DNA of 64,000 bases from Synechococcus sp. (GCA_047285535.1 JBJBDC010000001.1:2080136-2144135); one strand, 5' to 3'. Counted from the first letter of the stretch, positions 23,855 to 34,738 are shown. A program made the numbers and translations. Notes: generated by a model from the letters alone, not told the origin.

Positions 23855-24814
23855 ATGACAAGCCAACTCATCCAGGAAAATCTTCTCAGGTTTATTCACG
23901 AACAAACTGGGAGGAGTGTTATCTACGAGCAGGAGCCCACACCCTTATTAGGCGGAATCGATGCGATGACTTACAAATTTAAACTGAGAGGTATGGAGCC
24001 GATGGTCCTCCGCCTCCTTGGAAGCGACAGAAGTGCGGAGGAAGTCAAACGGTTCCGAATTCATAGCCAAGTTCTCATTGGCGCAAACATCAAAGCTCCA
24101 AAGGTGTACTGGGTCGGCGAGGACAAATCAGTATTGGGAGGGGTTTTTCTAATTATGGAATTCTTCCCCGATCCACTTTTAGCAGAACAGCCAAAGAAAT
24201 TGCAGCTCAAAATCCTTGGGGAATCCCATGCACAGATGCATAATCTCTCAACGGCACAAATCACCAACGAATTAAAAAAAGAAGGGTTAAATGAAAAGGA
24301 TTTCATGGCCCCCATATTTATACCCCTTATTCTAGACTCAGCTCAGAGAGATCATCCTTGGCTAAGCAATATATTCAATTGGCTACAAAACAACCTGCCA
24401 ATCACTTCAGCCCATGCATCAATCAATCACGGCGACTATCATCCCAAAAACATTATGTACGCTTCGGAGGATATTACCGGCATCATTGACTGGAATTTTT
24501 TTATAGGTGATCCAGCATTTGATGTCGGGCACACAATCACGCTCATCATGGACATTGTACCCAATATTAGTGATGACTATACCCATGAAATAGCCTCTCA
24601 AAACAACGAGCAGTATCGAGACGCGTATCAATCAATCAGATCAATTGATGAGAAAGCCGTTAATGCTTGCAGGGTCTCCCAATGCACGGGATATCTTCTA
24701 CATTGCCTCTCAGGGAAGGACGATATCATTGCTACATCTCCTAGAATGCGCAGTAGCCTCACACAGACAATCGAAAACATCACTAACTTGGAAATAGCAT
24801 TTCCTGACCAGTAA
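23855..24814 (+). CDS. APH/choline-kinase-like phosphotransferase
   Basis: HGDYHPKN catalytic loop, IIDW, GDPAFD; lower GC than core genes. Confidence 0.85.
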   Translation: MTSQLIQENLLRFIHEQTGRSVIYEQEPTPLLGGIDAMTYKFKLRGMEPMVLRLLGSDRSAEEVKRFRIHSQVLIGANIKAPKVYWVGEDKSVLGGVFLIMEFFPDPLLAEQPKKLQLKILGESHAQMHNLSTAQITNELKKEGLNEKDFMAPIFIPLILDSAQRDHPWLSNIFNWLQNNLPITSAHASINHGDYHPKNIMYASEDITGIIDWNFFIGDPAFDVGHTITLIMDIVPNISDDYTHEIASQNNEQYRDAYQSIRSIDEKAVNACRVSQCTGYLLHCLSGKDDIIATSPRMRSSLTQTIENITNLEIAFPDQ

Positions 24815-24926
24815 AAAGCAAAATCGCCATACAACAGAACTGCACACTCATGCGATAAACTGAATTTCCGTCCAAAACGATAAGCATCATCAAATTCGAC
24901 TAGCCAATGCTGCAAAAATCCCTGGC

Positions 24927-26180
24927 ATGCCAACAAGAACTGGATTAATCAACACCATCACAATCGCAACAATGATGTTGCCGATGCTACTTTCCAGTTG
25001 CTCATCAGCGAACAAGCCAGCGCATACCCTCTATATCGCCTATTCCATTCCAGACAACGAATTCACACAGTCTTCAAAAGAACGTATAGAAAAGCAAATA
25101 AGCCTTAGAACTCAGCTATTTCTCAGAACAAAACCCAATACGCGTGTGGTCACAGTTGCCTACAAAGACAGTCAATTACAGCATCAGATCAGCGAAGACA
25201 GCCAACTTAATCTTGGACCAGATTTAATACTAACTGTTGATTTCTACCTGAGGGGTCTATATCAAGACTCATTAATAAGTGCTTTTCCCAACAGTACTTT
25301 ATGGGAGCAACAATACAGCGATATCATCAAAAGCCTCTCCACCGTCGACAAAAAGCTTGCCTTCGCTCCCTATGGAATTTATCCGCAAGTGTCCTGTTAC
25401 AACAACAAGACCATAAATCAGCCACCCAAAACAATCCAAGAATTAATGAAGCTTGGTGCCAGCGGCGTTCGCATTGGATTATCAACGCGCACCCATGAGA
25501 TCTTCTGGACGGCTGGATCGACCGGTGCCATCCCAGAAATCAGCTCACTGGTGAACAAGAAAAATCAAAATAAACTACACCCAAAAATCAAAGAATGGAT
25601 CACGTGGCTACGACAAGCGGCTTACTACCAAAACATTTTCTTTTACAGCCAGCAATCTGAACTTATCAATGAATTGGCCGCCAATAATCTTGACTGGATT
25701 AGCTGCCACTCCTCCGATATCGTGAGACTAAGAGAGGAAATGGGAGAACAGCTCAGCATTGCCACCCTTCCAAATGGAGTGCAAACAAAAGCTTTTGCTT
25801 GGCCATTTGTCCTCGGTTATGGCCTAGGCACTGATTCATCCCCAACACAACGGGAGCTCGCACTGAGTTATGTGAAAGCGAATACCAATGCTGTAGGCCA
25901 AAGGCGAGTGATGCTGCGTACAGAAGCTTACCTGCCAGCGAACAAGGCTGTTGACATTCCGAATCAAAGCTCCCAAACACTCAAAGCCAACAACGATTCC
26001 TGGAACGACCAATCACTCAGCTATCTGAAACTGTGGCCCATGGTCATTCAATACCTAGAAACAGAACAGGATCACCTGGCAGTTAATAAAACATTAACCG
26101 AACTCACCAGTGGAACTATCAGCGTTGACGATGCAGTGCAGGCCTTCACCAACTTGAGAAAAAAGACAAATAATGAATAA
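24927..26180 (+). CDS. Lipoprotein extracellular solute-binding protein, copy 2
   Basis: Lipobox LLSSC, LGPDLIL, CYNNKTINQPPKTI, LDWISC; paralog of 18315..19601; overlaps the MscS start by 8 nt. Confidence 0.8.
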   Translation: MPTRTGLINTITIATMMLPMLLSSCSSANKPAHTLYIAYSIPDNEFTQSSKERIEKQISLRTQLFLRTKPNTRVVTVAYKDSQLQHQISEDSQLNLGPDLILTVDFYLRGLYQDSLISAFPNSTLWEQQYSDIIKSLSTVDKKLAFAPYGIYPQVSCYNNKTINQPPKTIQELMKLGASGVRIGLSTRTHEIFWTAGSTGAIPEISSLVNKKNQNKLHPKIKEWITWLRQAAYYQNIFFYSQQSELINELAANNLDWISCHSSDIVRLREEMGEQLSIATLPNGVQTKAFAWPFVLGYGLGTDSSPTQRELALSYVKANTNAVGQRRVMLRTEAYLPANKAVDIPNQSSQTLKANNDSWNDQSLSYLKLWPMVIQYLETEQDHLAVNKTLTELTSGTISVDDAVQAFTNLRKKTNNE

Positions 26181-27471
26181 TCTTCTCTTCGAGGTTTCAT
26201 CCTGGACTGGATACATTGGTCGAGCAGCAGTTAGCTGGCAGTTGATCTTGATTGCCTGCGCACTAATCACTGATGTATTCATTCGCAACAGGCTAGAAGC
26301 AAAAAAAGCGTCACTCATCACATGCCAGGCCGCCGGTCCTCTTGCGCTACTTAGCATCAGCATTGTGCTTGGAATGGCCTCTATTCCCACGGGCATCGCA
26401 ATCCGGTTTGGATTGATTTGGGCAGCATGGAACCTGCTGTTGTGGATCGAACTGAAGCTGATCCAACGCAACCCGAAGGATCAAAGAGCACGCTGGCTCA
26501 GGCGCCTGGCCCGTCCTGCGATTCTTGTTTTTGCAGTGATTTACTTCGTCGACCGACTCAGCAGTCTCTCATCCATTCGTATCATGAATGTGGGCACATT
26601 ACTGGATTCCCAGCTGGCACTGGGCAAACTTTTTTACTCCTTGATCGGCCTCTATCTGATTCTGATTGCCAGCGCACCGATCGCATTCCTTATCTCATGG
26701 ATATCAAAAGAAGGCCTGAAAATCAGCAATCAAAGTCGTCATGCGATTGAAATCATCGTTCGTTATTCAATCATCAGTTTTGGCCTCCTGGCTGTGGCCC
26801 TTCAAGCTGGTTTTAACGCAACAGCATTACTCACCATTTCAGCCGGTTTGTCAGTCGGTCTTGGTTTTGGCGTCAAAGAAATCTTTGCCAATTTCATCAG
26901 CGGAATCTGGTTGTTATTTGAAGGATCGATCCGACCTGGAGAGGTTCTGATGATCAAAGGCGAGCCTTGCCGAGTCAACAAATTAAAACTTCGAGCCACA
27001 CTTCTATCCCGTGAACGGGATGACGCTGAACTGCTCATTCCCAATCAAACCTTTTTCACCCAAGATGCTGAATCATTCACAGCTGGCGAAAACTACAGAC
27101 GAGACGAAGTGGTTGTCGGTGCTGCCTATCACCATGAACCCAAGCAGGTGATGACACTTCTCGAGCAGGTCGCCTGCCAACATCCAAGGGTCCTAGAAAC
27201 TCCTGCTCCCAAGGCATTCGCAATCGATTTTGCAGAGTCGTCGATCAATTACAAACTTAAATACTCTGTCCGCAATCCCCTGGAGGCCCGCTCCGTCAGC
27301 AGTGACTTGCGTCAGGCGATCTGGACTGCGTTTAACAACCATGGGATTGGCATCCCCTTCCCACAACGCCAGGTTTATCCGATGGAGTGGCCACCCAACA
27401 GGCAATCAAGCCTGCACTCGCAGCGAAACCAACTCGATCACTCCTCCGCAAAGCAGCAGGATCTGGATTGA
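26173..27471 (+). CDS. MscS-family mechanosensitive channel, copy 2
   Basis: AGLSVGLGFGVKEIFANF, LFEGSIRPGE, IPNQTFFTQ, IPFPQRQVYPMEWPP. Confidence 0.9.
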   Translation: MNNLLFEVSSWTGYIGRAAVSWQLILIACALITDVFIRNRLEAKKASLITCQAAGPLALLSISIVLGMASIPTGIAIRFGLIWAAWNLLLWIELKLIQRNPKDQRARWLRRLARPAILVFAVIYFVDRLSSLSSIRIMNVGTLLDSQLALGKLFYSLIGLYLILIASAPIAFLISWISKEGLKISNQSRHAIEIIVRYSIISFGLLAVALQAGFNATALLTISAGLSVGLGFGVKEIFANFISGIWLLFEGSIRPGEVLMIKGEPCRVNKLKLRATLLSRERDDAELLIPNQTFFTQDAESFTAGENYRRDEVVVGAAYHHEPKQVMTLLEQVACQHPRVLETPAPKAFAIDFAESSINYKLKYSVRNPLEARSVSSDLRQAIWTAFNNHGIGIPFPQRQVYPMEWPPNRQSSLHSQRNQLDHSSAKQQDLD

Positions 27472-27484
27472 GTCACCCCTCTGA

Positions 27485-30229
27485 TCAAACCAGATCCGCC
27501 AGGCGTTTGCGGGCCAGATCCGCCTGGGCCTGCTTCTCCGCCAGGTTGGCCTGGCATTCCGCCACCACCTCCGGCGGGGCCTTGTCGGCGAAGTTGGGAT
27601 TGCCCAGCCTGCCAGCCAGGCCCTTGATCTCCTTCTCCGCCTTGGCGATGTCTTTCTCAAGGCGACCCTTGAGCGCATCAAGGTCCACCAGGCCTTCGAT
27701 CGGCAGCAGCACCTGCAGCTCACCGCTCACACCTGCGATCGCTTTGGCAACAGGGGAGGATTCAGCCTGCTCCGGAGTCATCACCGCCACCGAATCCGCC
27801 CGAGTCAGAGCTGTGATGTCGGCCATGCCCTGAGTAAGCACAGCCGCCAACTCGCCGCGGCCGGTAACGAAACGGACCGGCACCGATTGGGATGGTTTTA
27901 AACCCGCTACAGCTCGCAAATTACGGACCACTCGGATAGCAGCGATCAACTCAGCAAAGGAAGCTTCCAATCCGTCATCCAAAGAACCCTCTTCGATCGC
28001 GGGCCAAGGCTGAAGCGCAAGAAACGTGGTGTCGCTCTTCGCTGTCACGCTGTGCCAGAGCTCCTCGGTGAGATGAGGCATCAGCGGATGCAGCATCAGG
28101 TGCATCTGGCTGATCACCTTGGCCAGCACCTGCTTGGCCACTCGCTGATCGGCGAGGGCCTCCGCCGAGGGGTTCTCACCGGGATTGAGCCGGCGCTTGC
28201 TCAGCTCCAGATACCAGTCGCAGACGTCATTCCAGGCGAACTCGTAGAGACCCTTGGCCGCTTCACCCAGGCCATAGCTGCTGTAGCGCTCAGCCGTCTC
28301 CCTGTTCACCCGGGCCAAACGGGAGAGAATCCAGCGATCCGCCAGCTGCAATGCAGCGGGGTCGGGATCCCCCAGCTGGACCGGGGTTTCGCCGCCCAGA
28401 TTCATCAACGCGAAACGGGTAGCGTTCCAGAGCTTGTTGGCGAAGTTGCGGGACGCCTCCACCGTGGCGGAGGTGTCCTTCTTGCGGTCGTAGTCCAAGC
28501 GGATGTCCTGACCCGCACCGGCCACCTCCCGCACCAGGGCGAAGCGCAGGGCATCGGTGCCGTAACGGTCGATCAGCAGCAGCGGATCGATGCCGTTGCC
28601 GGCGCTCTTGCTCATCTTGCGGTTCTGCTCATCCCGCACCAGACCATGAATGTAGACGTCCTGGAAAGGCATCTCGCCGGTGAAGGCGCCGGCCATCATC
28701 GTCATCCGGGCCACCCAGAAAAAGATGATGTCAAAGCCCGTCACCAGCGTGCTGGTGGGGTACCAGCGCTGCAGGTCAGCGCTGCCTGCATCGGGCCAAC
28801 CAAGGGTGGAGAAGGGCCAGAGACCGCTGGAGAACCAGGTGTCGAGCACGTCTTCGTCCTGCTCGATCTCAGCCGCCGCGCCGTACTCCGCCTTGGCTTT
28901 CTCCAGGGCTTCGGCTTCGTTGCGGGCCACCACGTAGGGCGTGGTGTCGCTGTACCTGCCACTGGTTTCGCTGACCACAAACCAGGCGGGGATGCGATGG
29001 CCCCACCAGAGCTGGCGGCTGATGCACCAGTCGCGGATATCGGTGAGCCAGTCGCGGTAGACCTTCTCCCAGCGCTCCGGGATGAAAAGGGGATCCTTGT
29101 TATCAAGCGCTTCGCGGCAGCGGGCCGCCAGGGGCTCGGTTTTCACAAACCACTGGGTGGACAGCAGGGGCTCCACCGGCACTTTGCCGCGGTCGGAATA
29201 GGGAACGCTGTGGCGGTAATCCTCCACCTTCACCAGCAGCCCCAGCTCCTCCAGGCCTGCCACCACCGCCTTGCGGGCCTCAAAGCGATCCAACCCCTCG
29301 AACTGGCCGGCCTCATGGTTCATCGTGCCGTTCTTGCGCATCACCGTGATCTGGGGCAGACCGTGGCGCTGGCCGATGGCGAAATCATTGGGGTCGTGGG
29401 CCGGCGTCACCTTGACGCAGCCGGTGCCGAAATCCTTGTCCACATGGTCGTCGGCCACGATCGGAATCTCCCGCCCCACGAACGGCAGCGTGAGGGTCTG
29501 GCCCACCAGATGGGCATAGCGCTCGTCGGTGGGATTCACCGCCACCGCCGTGTCGCCCAGCATCGTTTCGGGCCGGGTGGTGGCCACCTCCAGATGACCT
29601 TCGCCGCTGCTGAGGGGATAACGGAAATGCCAGAGATGGCCGTCCACCTCCTTCATCTCCACCTCCAGATCGCTCACCGCCGAGCCCGAGGCAGGGCACC
29701 AGTTCACCAGGTATTCGCCGCGATAGATCAGCCCCTGCTCATGCAGCCGCACGAAGGCTTCCTTCACCGCCTCACTCAGGCCTTCATCCAGGGTGAAGCG
29801 CTGACGCTTCCAATCCACGGAATAACCCAAGCGCCGCAGCTGGTCCACGATGCGCCCACCGCTCTCGGCCTTCCACTGCCAGGCCCGCTCCAGAAAGGCA
29901 TCGCGGCCGAGGTCATGGCGGGTCTTGCCCTCTTCCTTGAGCTGTTTCTCCAGGATCGTCTGCACCGCGATCGAGGCGTGGTCCGTCCCCGGCAGGCAGA
30001 GCACGTTTTTTCCCGCCAGGCGCTGGTAGCGCACGATCGTGTCGATCAGGGCCGTGTTGAAGGCATGGCCCATGTGCAGGCTGCCGGTCACGTTCGGCGG
30101 CGGGATCACCACCGAGAACGGTTCACCGGGAGCCTTCGGGTCGGGATGAAAGGCCCCCTGGTCCTCCCAGACCTGCTGCCAGCGGGCCTCCGTGCCAACC
30201 GGGTCATAGGTCTTGGCCAGTTCGGGCAC
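27485..30229 (-). CDS. valS: Valine--tRNA ligase
   Basis: [31 protein letters not shown]-terminal coiled coil. Probable GTG start at 30229 (ORF open to 30253). Confidence 0.98.
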   Translation of the reverse strand: MPELAKTYDPVGTEARWQQVWEDQGAFHPDPKAPGEPFSVVIPPPNVTGSLHMGHAFNTALIDTIVRYQRLAGKNVLCLPGTDHASIAVQTILEKQLKEEGKTRHDLGRDAFLERAWQWKAESGGRIVDQLRRLGYSVDWKRQRFTLDEGLSEAVKEAFVRLHEQGLIYRGEYLVNWCPASGSAVSDLEVEMKEVDGHLWHFRYPLSSGEGHLEVATTRPETMLGDTAVAVNPTDERYAHLVGQTLTLPFVGREIPIVADDHVDKDFGTGCVKVTPAHDPNDFAIGQRHGLPQITVMRKNGTMNHEAGQFEGLDRFEARKAVVAGLEELGLLVKVEDYRHSVPYSDRGKVPVEPLLSTQWFVKTEPLAARCREALDNKDPLFIPERWEKVYRDWLTDIRDWCISRQLWWGHRIPAWFVVSETSGRYSDTTPYVVARNEAEALEKAKAEYGAAAEIEQDEDVLDTWFSSGLWPFSTLGWPDAGSADLQRWYPTSTLVTGFDIIFFWVARMTMMAGAFTGEMPFQDVYIHGLVRDEQNRKMSKSAGNGIDPLLLIDRYGTDALRFALVREVAGAGQDIRLDYDRKKDTSATVEASRNFANKLWNATRFALMNLGGETPVQLGDPDPAALQLADRWILSRLARVNRETAERYSSYGLGEAAKGLYEFAWNDVCDWYLELSKRRLNPGENPSAEALADQRVAKQVLAKVISQMHLMLHPLMPHLTEELWHSVTAKSDTTFLALQPWPAIEEGSLDDGLEASFAELIAAIRVVRNLRAVAGLKPSQSVPVRFVTGRGELAAVLTQGMADITALTRADSVAVMTPEQAESSPVAKAIAGVSGELQVLLPIEGLVDLDALKGRLEKDIAKAEKEIKGLAGRLGNPNFADKAPPEVVAECQANLAEKQAQADLARKRLADLV

Positions 30230-30320
30230 GGGAGGAACACAGACGCAGGACATATGGTCTCAAAAGACGCCCTGGGGCCGCCCAAACGCGATGATCAAAC
30301 AGCATCAATGCCATTGATCC

Positions 30321-30602
30321 ATGGACCTGCCCTCCAACGATCTGAGCGCTGCGATCCAACAGATGCTTGAAGCCGTTGATCGGAACGATGACCTCAGAAG
30401 AGGATTGAGGATGGCGACAACAGCAGCAGCCGTGAGCGAAGTCGCAGCCCAGGCAGGGGTTCGCATCGAGCCTGCTGCGCTGGTGAAGCACTATGCACAG
30501 CGGCTATGCGATGCGGCCGATACAACCGCAGTTCACAACTTTGATCTGTGCAGTTGGGACACCGGGGAATTGCTTTGGGCGATGAAGCATTGGCAGCCAT
30601 AA
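30321..30602 (+). CDS. Nif11-like domain small protein
   Basis: LEAVDRNDDLRRGLRMATTAAAVSEVAAQAG matches the Nif11-type helical pattern. Confidence 0.6.
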   Translation: MDLPSNDLSAAIQQMLEAVDRNDDLRRGLRMATTAAAVSEVAAQAGVRIEPAALVKHYAQRLCDAADTTAVHNFDLCSWDTGELLWAMKHWQP

Positions 30603-30850
30603 AGAACACAAACCATCGCAGCAAAAACAACAACACCCTTCAATCAGCAAGCAACAATCCCCCCTCAGGCGTAGCCAAACATCCCAAAATCCTTGCAAAC
30701 CAATATCAAGGACAGCTTCTCACTCTTCCTTTCTATCGAAACACTTATCGCCCCTATCAAAAGAACAATAGCTCCTAAATATTGAGCATTAATCACCATT
30801 ATTTGCGCATTCAACCATGGACAAGAAAGTTCAGAGCCAGAGTTTTCGTG

Positions 30851-31498
30851 TCAAGCTGATGAGGCTTGATCTGCCCCCTGAGCCAGTCGATGGAGGTAAT
30901 CAGAGCGTGAGCCCGCATTGATCCAACCCGTTGCAATGGTTTTGCTGAAAATGGAATTCACGCGACCGCGATGGATGTGAGAAGGGCTAGCGGGAAAGAT
31001 CACTAATTTGCCTCTCTCTGCTGATTCGTGATGATTCTGGAAATGAAATTCAGTGCCAGCGTCTTTCACCGAATTGCAATAGAGAATCCAAGCCAACACG
31101 CGATGAACAGGCTCAGTGGCTTCATCGCTGATGGTCCAGTCACAATGCCATTGCTTGAAGCCCTCCCCAGGACCGTAACGCTGCAGGTTGAAAATCGGCA
31201 TCACAAAGAGCTCCTGATCAGGGCAAACAGAACGGAACAGGGGTCTCTCTTGCAGATAGCGGTCCAATCCCGCTGCAACACCGCGCAAGATCACCTCTGA
31301 CAATCCAAAAGCATCAGGATCAGTGCGATCAAGTGCTACCAAACTGATATCAGTAGACACCTTGGCAGGTTCATCAACACCCTCGGGGCCAAACGATACC
31401 CCTGGCCTCTGCAGGTCGGTGCGGCGATCGAAAAAAGCCATGACCCCATCGGCCACAGCTTCAAAACCAGCGTTCGTATAGCGAGCAATCAGATCCAT
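30851..31498 (-). CDS. 2OG-Fe(II) oxygenase
   Basis: NLQRY, WHCD (HxD), LAWILYCN, GTEF, HIHRG, KTIATGW. Confidence 0.88.
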   Translation of the reverse strand: MDLIARYTNAGFEAVADGVMAFFDRRTDLQRPGVSFGPEGVDEPAKVSTDISLVALDRTDPDAFGLSEVILRGVAAGLDRYLQERPLFRSVCPDQELFVMPIFNLQRYGPGEGFKQWHCDWTISDEATEPVHRVLAWILYCNSVKDAGTEFHFQNHHESAERGKLVIFPASPSHIHRGRVNSIFSKTIATGWINAGSRSDYLHRLAQGADQASSA

Positions 31499-31500
31499 CG

Positions 31501-31962
31501 TCAGCAGGATTCAGAACGTTTCCACGGCACCGCAATGACTCCGTCCAGAGCTTTCCATTGCGTGCGATCAGCCGTGACAAGATTCAACAAATCAACCCTC
31601 TCCAGGGCGAGAGCTAGACGTTCAGGCGCCAGGACAGCAGCATCCTGAGGGGCTTGAGACAGCAACAGGACCTGAGACTCAGCTGGGTCAGCCAGAACAA
31701 GCAGTTCAAGATCGTCCAACTCTCGTTCAAAAAAGGTTCGGCGCAACCGCGTGGTGATCTGTTCCCCCAGCGAGTTAGCGAAGTGTTCCAGGCTTTTCGT
31801 CTCTCCTGAGAGCCCGCAATTCAACGCAAGCCAGATCATCAATTTGGCCCAGCTATCAACGGTCCAAAGGGGTTGAAAACTAAGACGGTTCTGACGAATC
31901 AGCTCCAAAAGTGCAAAGTCCACAAGGGTGCCTTGCAGCTGATCAGGATCAGGAAGGCTCAT
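31501..31962 (-). CDS. Conserved picocyanobacterial hypothetical protein
   Basis: SFQPLWTVDSWAKLMIWLALNCG; 2 nt from the oxygenase gene, so probably co-transcribed. Confidence 0.7.
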   Translation of the reverse strand: MSLPDPDQLQGTLVDFALLELIRQNRLSFQPLWTVDSWAKLMIWLALNCGLSGETKSLEHFANSLGEQITTRLRRTFFERELDDLELLVLADPAESQVLLLSQAPQDAAVLAPERLALALERVDLLNLVTADRTQWKALDGVIAVPWKRSESC

Positions 31963-32030
31963 ACCGAACATCTGCTGCAAGACATCTTCCCTCCTGAAGG
32001 TCAAACTGGTAATGACAACGATCGGTGACC

Positions 32031-32288
32031 ATGACCCTGGATCTCAACGATCCCGAACTCGAGTTCTCGGATCTGGTGTATGCCTATCAGAGCTGGGTAA
32101 TGGCAGTCATCAATGATGAGAAGCTCGATGGCGATGACTTGCTATTAACAGACGAAATCGCTGAAGACGCTCTGAATTCAATGCGCTTCTTGCCGGGCGA
32201 AGTCACGAGTGCGATCGAAACCTCTCTCGCTCGTGTTTACGATGTCGACGCTGATGAACTGGCTGAGTTGCTTTTCCCAGAAGACTGA
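32031..32288 (+). CDS. Small acidic conserved hypothetical protein
   Basis: YQSWVMAVINDEKL...AIETSLARVYDVD. Confidence 0.7.
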   Translation: MTLDLNDPELEFSDLVYAYQSWVMAVINDEKLDGDDLLLTDEIAEDALNSMRFLPGEVTSAIETSLARVYDVDADELAELLFPED

Positions 32289-32324
32289 ACTCACCAACCC
32301 ATGAGCAATCGTTAAAGTTGTTCC

Positions 32325-33245
32325 ATGGGTTGGAACCTGAAGGACATCCCGGAGCAACACGGTCGAGTGGCCCTTGTCACCGGTGCCAATAGTGGCCTGG
32401 GGTTTGAAACCACCCGTGCCCTCTTAGGGAAGGGTGCAACTGTACTGATGGCGTGCCGTAGCAAGCGCAAAAGCGAAGCAGCGCGCCGAGAGTTGTTGGA
32501 TCTCGGCACCGCTGGTGTTGACCTGTTGGATCTTGATTTATCCGATCTCAACAGCATTGAACGTTGCGCCAACGTTGTCCATAAGCAGTATGGACGCCTG
32601 GACCTGTTGTTTAACAACGCCGGGCTGATGGCTCCACCACGACAATTAAGTGCTCAAGGGTACGAATTGCAGTTCGCCGTTAATCATCTCGGCCATATGG
32701 CTCTTACCGAGAGATTGCTGCCACTCATGCAGGGACGTCATGATGCCCGGGTTGTCACTGTGTCCTCTGGAGCGCAATACTTCGGCCAAATCAATTGGTC
32801 AGACCTGCAAGGGGAAGAGCGCTATGACCGATGGAGTGCCTATTGCCAAAGCAAATTGGCCAATGTGATGTTTGCAATCGAGCTGAATGAGAGGCTGCAG
32901 AAGCAACAAAGCTCTGTTATTTCCCTCGCTGCCCATCCAGGTCTGGCACGAACCAACCTTCAGCGAGCATCGGTAGCCTCAAACGGTGCATGGCATGAGT
33001 CTCTCGCCTATCGACTCATGAATCCCCTATTCCAAAACGCAGCAATGGGTGCCCTCCCCCAGTTGTATGCAGCCACAGCTAGCAATGTGCAAGGTGGAGA
33101 CCATTTCGGGCCCGGTGGGTTTGCTGCGATGCGCGGTTCACCAAAACGTCAACCTGTGGCCCGCAACGCCCGCGACGAGAATCAGCGGGGACGACTTTGG
33201 GACATCAGCGAAAAGATGATTCAAATGACCATGGCCAGAATCTGA
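32325..33245 (+). CDS. Short-chain dehydrogenase/reductase (retinol-DH/WWOX-like)
   Basis: TGANSGLG, NNAG, YCQSK, AHPG. Confidence 0.92.
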   Translation: MGWNLKDIPEQHGRVALVTGANSGLGFETTRALLGKGATVLMACRSKRKSEAARRELLDLGTAGVDLLDLDLSDLNSIERCANVVHKQYGRLDLLFNNAGLMAPPRQLSAQGYELQFAVNHLGHMALTERLLPLMQGRHDARVVTVSSGAQYFGQINWSDLQGEERYDRWSAYCQSKLANVMFAIELNERLQKQQSSVISLAAHPGLARTNLQRASVASNGAWHESLAYRLMNPLFQNAAMGALPQLYAATASNVQGGDHFGPGGFAAMRGSPKRQPVARNARDENQRGRLWDISEKMIQMTMARI

Positions 33246-33251
33246 ATAGCG

Positions 33252-33650
33252 ATGACGACACAGTCGACAGCAACCCAAAACCGACAGCAACGTCTTCTAG
33301 AAGAATTGCGCAGATGCGGTACCGAAATGAGTGGGCAGCAACTCCATCGTCAACTGGAGAACGGACCGAGCTCGATGGGCCTCGCCACGGTGTATCGAAA
33401 CCTCAGGCATCTCCAGCAGAAGGGGCTTGTCCGCTGCAGACATTTACCAACTGGAGAAGCACTTTATGCACCTGTTGAACATGATCGCCATCACCTCACA
33501 TGTGTTGACTGCGGCAGCACCAGAACCTTGGATCACTGTCCACTTCACGGATTGACAATGTCCAACGCAGAGCAGTCCGACTTCAAGCTGCTGTTCCACA
33601 CACTGGAATTCTTTGGGATCTGCTCAAAATGTCAACAGAAGCACCAATAG
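33252..33650 (+). CDS. zur: Fur-family regulator, Zur type
   Basis: GLATVYRNL, DRHHLTCVDCG, HCP, HTLEFFGICSKC; closely resembles marine Synechococcus Zur as recalled. Confidence 0.8.
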   Translation: MTTQSTATQNRQQRLLEELRRCGTEMSGQQLHRQLENGPSSMGLATVYRNLRHLQQKGLVRCRHLPTGEALYAPVEHDRHHLTCVDCGSTRTLDHCPLHGLTMSNAEQSDFKLLFHTLEFFGICSKCQQKHQ

Positions 33651-34464
33651 ATCGGTCTTAATCTTAGGAAATAAACTCCACATAAGCCTGCGCTGAACTC
33701 CTGTTCAGCATGAAGAAATGCCTACTTCACCAATGGAAGACCAACGTGTTGATAGGGTCAGTCTACAAACAATTTCATCCACAAATTGAGCGGGTTGCAT
33801 TTGCTACATACGGGTGAGCCATCTAGACCCAAGGCTATGGATCATTATTGATATTTAACCTCTGATGTGGATTAACAGTGGTCATGACACAGGAAGGGTG
33901 GCCCCCTGGGTTGGCCTGGTTGGCACAGAGGTTTCTGTTTGAACTCTCTGCTTTCCCTCTAAACGGAGCTGAGCAGTAGGAGGCTCTTTCATCGCTTCAT
34001 CCATCAATGGCTAATCGGTCGTCATGGAGCTTTCCATTGGACAAACCTTGACTGCAAACCCATTGGCTTCCCTCAAGACTGACCACTGAAGCAGAGGTGG
34101 CTGGACTTGTTGTTGAGCTAGAAAACGACCTGAACGATGGAGTGAACATTCGGGTGTTGACGGATGCAAATATCGTGAGGGACTCACCCTGGCCCCAATG
34201 CAACAGGGTAACAATTTTTGCTGAACGCATTGCACAACCTGCTCGTGGCAACTGCCGATCGGTTGACGCCCTTGGGTCCAATCACCTGCACAAAACTAGG
34301 AACAGTTTCAAGGCTCTGTGGTCTTCGAAGCACAAGGCCTATCAATTCTCTCTCTGAACGATCAAAAAAGAAGGTCCTGAAACCGAACCGTGTAAATACG
34401 GCTGCCCCACTTCCGAGATCAGCACGACAGATTTAGACCAATCAGGTCCCACTCGGGCCGATTC

Positions 34465-34698
34465 ATGAACACAACAACACTCCAGACACCAACTGGCCTT
34501 GTCACAAAAAATGGCGAAGGTCACGGCAATGTGTATGCCAAAGAACCCCCCATGGAGTTCGCACCATCAGATGCTGGCTGGGGCTTCCACGAACGTGCAG
34601 AAAAGCTCAATGGACGCATGGCCATGATTGGATTTGTGGCTGCTCTGGCAACTGAACTCATGACCGGTGAGGGATTAATTCGCGCCATTGGACTCTGA
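34465..34698 (+). CDS. hli: High-light inducible protein (Hlip)
   Basis: AEKLNGRMAMIGF chlorophyll-binding helix. Confidence 0.93.
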   Translation: MNTTTLQTPTGLVTKNGEGHGNVYAKEPPMEFAPSDAGWGFHERAEKLNGRMAMIGFVAALATELMTGEGLIRAIGL

Positions 34699-34738
34699 GT
34701 CCGATCAAGACAACTAGCAAATCAACTGGATATGAATC

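Noticed and set aside
28052..30370. 772-aa plus-strand ORF
   Set aside because: It is the antisense shadow of GC-rich valS, with no recognisable motifs; strong codon bias removes stops on the opposite strand.
33794..33807. NtcA-like GTT-N8-TAC site
   Set aside because: One mismatch, no -10 at the expected distance on either strand, and no clear target gene.
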